A stretch of DNA of 64,000 nt, from NCBI GenBank assembly GCA_964016885.1, contig OZ024746.1:61628001-61692000 (forward strand). The letters are read 5' to 3'. Every line of letters starts with the position of its first letter. Within the stretch, counting starts at the first letter, position 1. The position numbers and the translations under genes were made by a program. This DNA comes from Eledone cirrhosa (Eukaryota). Under the pieces are notes generated by a model that was given only the letters and a program-made list of their open reading frames with translations, was not told the origin of the DNA and did not search any database. This document shows positions 61,908-64,000 of the stretch, piece after piece.

Positions 61908-61937
61908 TGACGTCATTTCCGGAAACACCGGAAGCGG
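61908..61937 (-). promoter_or_regulatory. CRE + ETS motif cluster in the PSMD10 proximal promoter / 5' region
   Basis: TGACGTCA (61908-61915) abuts TTTCCGGAAA (61916-61925) and CCGGAAG (61928-61934) in a local CpG-rich patch. Confidence 0.7.
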
Positions 61938-62357
61938 ACTCTGCTTTCTACAATTTTTTTTGTTTACAATTTCTAAAAGTAAAAAGCTGAGTTCGATTTC
62001 ACGTCAATGAAAGCAGGTAACTAATTATAGAACATATACATTTTCACTTTTTGTATATATATATATATATATATTACTCATGCTATTGTTGTGCTGGAAT
62101 CCTCTGGTAAGCGGTTTTAACTTTTTATGCGACGTGTTCCTATTATTGACCGAACTATATCAAGTTTCCATTGGTTAGTCTGTTGTAATTGTGTACATGC
62201 TACTGTTAGATGTATAATTGTGGGCATGTGGCTCTCATTGTTAATATTGCGGAAGAGAGTGGATTTGGCTGTTATAAAGAACTGAGCGTGCCACTATGTA
62301 GAAACTTCTCCACTAATTTGTTGACTATCTGAATTGATTTATTGTTGTAGATTTACT

Positions 62358-62856
62358 GCCGCCTGAATGCCGGTCGCTTCGCGCATCACACGGAGCTAAA
62401 CCTTATTCTCAAGAGAGCTTTGGCTCGGGCGAACATCCCCTCAATCTTGGAACCATCTGTGTTGTCAAGGAGTAATGGGAAAAGACCTGACGGTCTTACA
62501 CTGTGCCCCTGGCCGAGAGGCAGATGCCTTGTGTGGGACGTAACAGTTAGTGACTCTTTTGCTTCTTCCCACATGCTGGATGCTGCGGTTAGGGCGATAG
62601 CCACAACTTCCTCAACCGATCGGAGCAAAATCCTAAAATACTGTGATCTGTCGGCCAATTACATTTTCCAGCCCGTGGCGTTCGAGAATTTCGGGGGAGT
62701 CGGACAGCTGACTGTGAATTCCTATTTTCACTGGCGGCTCGCCTAATAGAGGTAACTGGTGAAGCTCGTGAAGGCGCTTGGTTGTTCCAACGCACCAGTC
62801 TGACCATCACCCGAGGTAACGCTGCGAGCGTGCTGGCTTGCCTAAAAAATCATTAG
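62358..62856 (+). mobile_element. CRE-like non-LTR retrotransposon 3' fragment (restriction-like endonuclease)
   Basis: HHTELNLILKRALARANIPSILEP...GKRPDGLTLCPW.RGRCLVWDVT...FQPVAFE, then after a frameshift WLFQRTSLTITRGNAASVL. Confidence 0.85.
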
Positions 62857-62954
62857 TGCTCCTCGCGATAATGCTATCTTTTGCTCTGGTAGTGGCTCGG
62901 TTGTCCACCCCTTCCTTTATATTATATTTGTTAGTGCTTTCGCTCTGTAAGCAT

Positions 62955-63120
62955 CGGCAATATTGGTAAAGCGTTGGACGCAATGCTTTGCAGCATATAG
63001 TTACGGCCCTTTATGATCTGAGTTCAAATCCCGCCGAGGTTAACTTTGCCTTTCATCTTTACGAGGTCGATAAAATAAAGTACCAGTAACGCACTGGGAT
63101 AATTACTGGCCTTGTGCCAA
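62955..63120 (+). mobile_element. tRNA-derived SINE, family A
   Basis: GAGTTCAAATCCCGCCGAGGTTAACTTTGCCTTTCATC...GTCGATAAAATAAAGTACCAG. Confidence 0.85.
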
Positions 63121-63410
63121 TTCTTGGCATTTATTATATCTCTATTTCTTTTTATTCATAATGTTACTATTATATTTCTTTTTATCTGTAAAAATTATGT
63201 ATATATCTGTTTGTTGAATAAACAAATCTAATATTTAACTTTCATTCACGTTATTATCACTTATAGCTTACAGTCTCCAATAAAACTGAGATTTTGGGTG
63301 TATTTTCTTTTATTAATATGAGGCTTTTAAGATTTCATTCCATTAAATGGATGCTAGAAATAACTGAAAACTTAGCAGTTCAACAAAACGAGATCAATAA
63401 AATAAGTACC

Positions 63411-63800
63411 TTAAGTATTGTGGCCTTTTGAAGCAAGCCAACACACTGGCAACGTGATAGTGAATCTAAGGCCCTGGAACAACTGAACACAGACACGTGC
63501 ATCACCTGACACCTCGGTAAGGTGAGCCGGGAACGATGACAAGAACTTCGCTGTCAGTTCTTCTAAACGTCTCGAACGCCACAGGCTGCAAAAAAAAGCC
63601 GATAATTGGCGGTATTTAAAAATGTTATTCCGTTCGGCTTTGGAAGCAGTAACCTTCACATTTAGCGCTGCACCCAGAATGTGAGCGGGAGCGAAAGAGT
63701 CACTAACTGTGGCGTCCCAAATGAGGCATCTACCTCTTACCCAAGGACAAAGGATAAGGCTTAATCTGGACTCTTCCTATCAACTTTGGACAATCCAATA
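63411..63800 (-). mobile_element. Second CRE-like fragment, inverted relative to 62358-62856
   Basis: Minus strand encodes LILCPWVRGRCLIWDATVSDSFAP...KAERNNIFKY...EVSGDARV...LFQ. Confidence 0.8.
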
Positions 63801-64000
63801 CTAGTTTCTATGTCTCTTTCGAGTTCTTTCTCCGGCTAAAAACTAGCTACTACAAATGCATCTTACTTACTTTAATTTTAAAACATATACATGTTAATAT
63901 ATATTTCTTCGACTCAAGTTCTATAGTTGATGTCCTTACAAGGTTGATGTGTTTACAATTAAGTCCACAAAGTAATTTACTTAGCCGAAAGTAACTTACT

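Overview
This is eukaryotic, very AT-rich, repeat-dense DNA. Its SINE families and kb-long (TA)n/(TATG)n/(CATA)n tracts point to a cephalopod, probably Octopus (inference). Two host genes converge. At the left is the last coding exon of a zinc-finger gene (+, 3652-3860). At the right is a complete six-exon PSMD10/gankyrin gene (-, 61894 down to 54016, 224 aa, all introns GT-AG) with a CRE/ETS motif cluster just upstream of its ATG. The ~50 kb between them contains no host gene I can recognise. It holds decayed non-LTR retrotransposons (R4/Dong-, HERO-, CRE-, RTE- and Penelope-like), tRNA-derived SINEs, piggyBac/hAT/mariner MITEs, a complete 543-bp non-autonomous Helitron and giant microsatellites; all long YI/IY-rich ORFs are microsatellite artefacts. 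The most notable unexplained signal is a set of short repeats next to microsatellites that fold as type I hammerhead ribozymes. Two have the canonical CUGAUGA/GAAA core and a palindromic stem III (39275-39354, 58867-58915). One multi-copy family has a variant CAGAAGA core and a monomeric stem III (2126, 22659, truncated at 47511). Several further copies are decayed or have lost the core. Activity cannot be shown from sequence alone.
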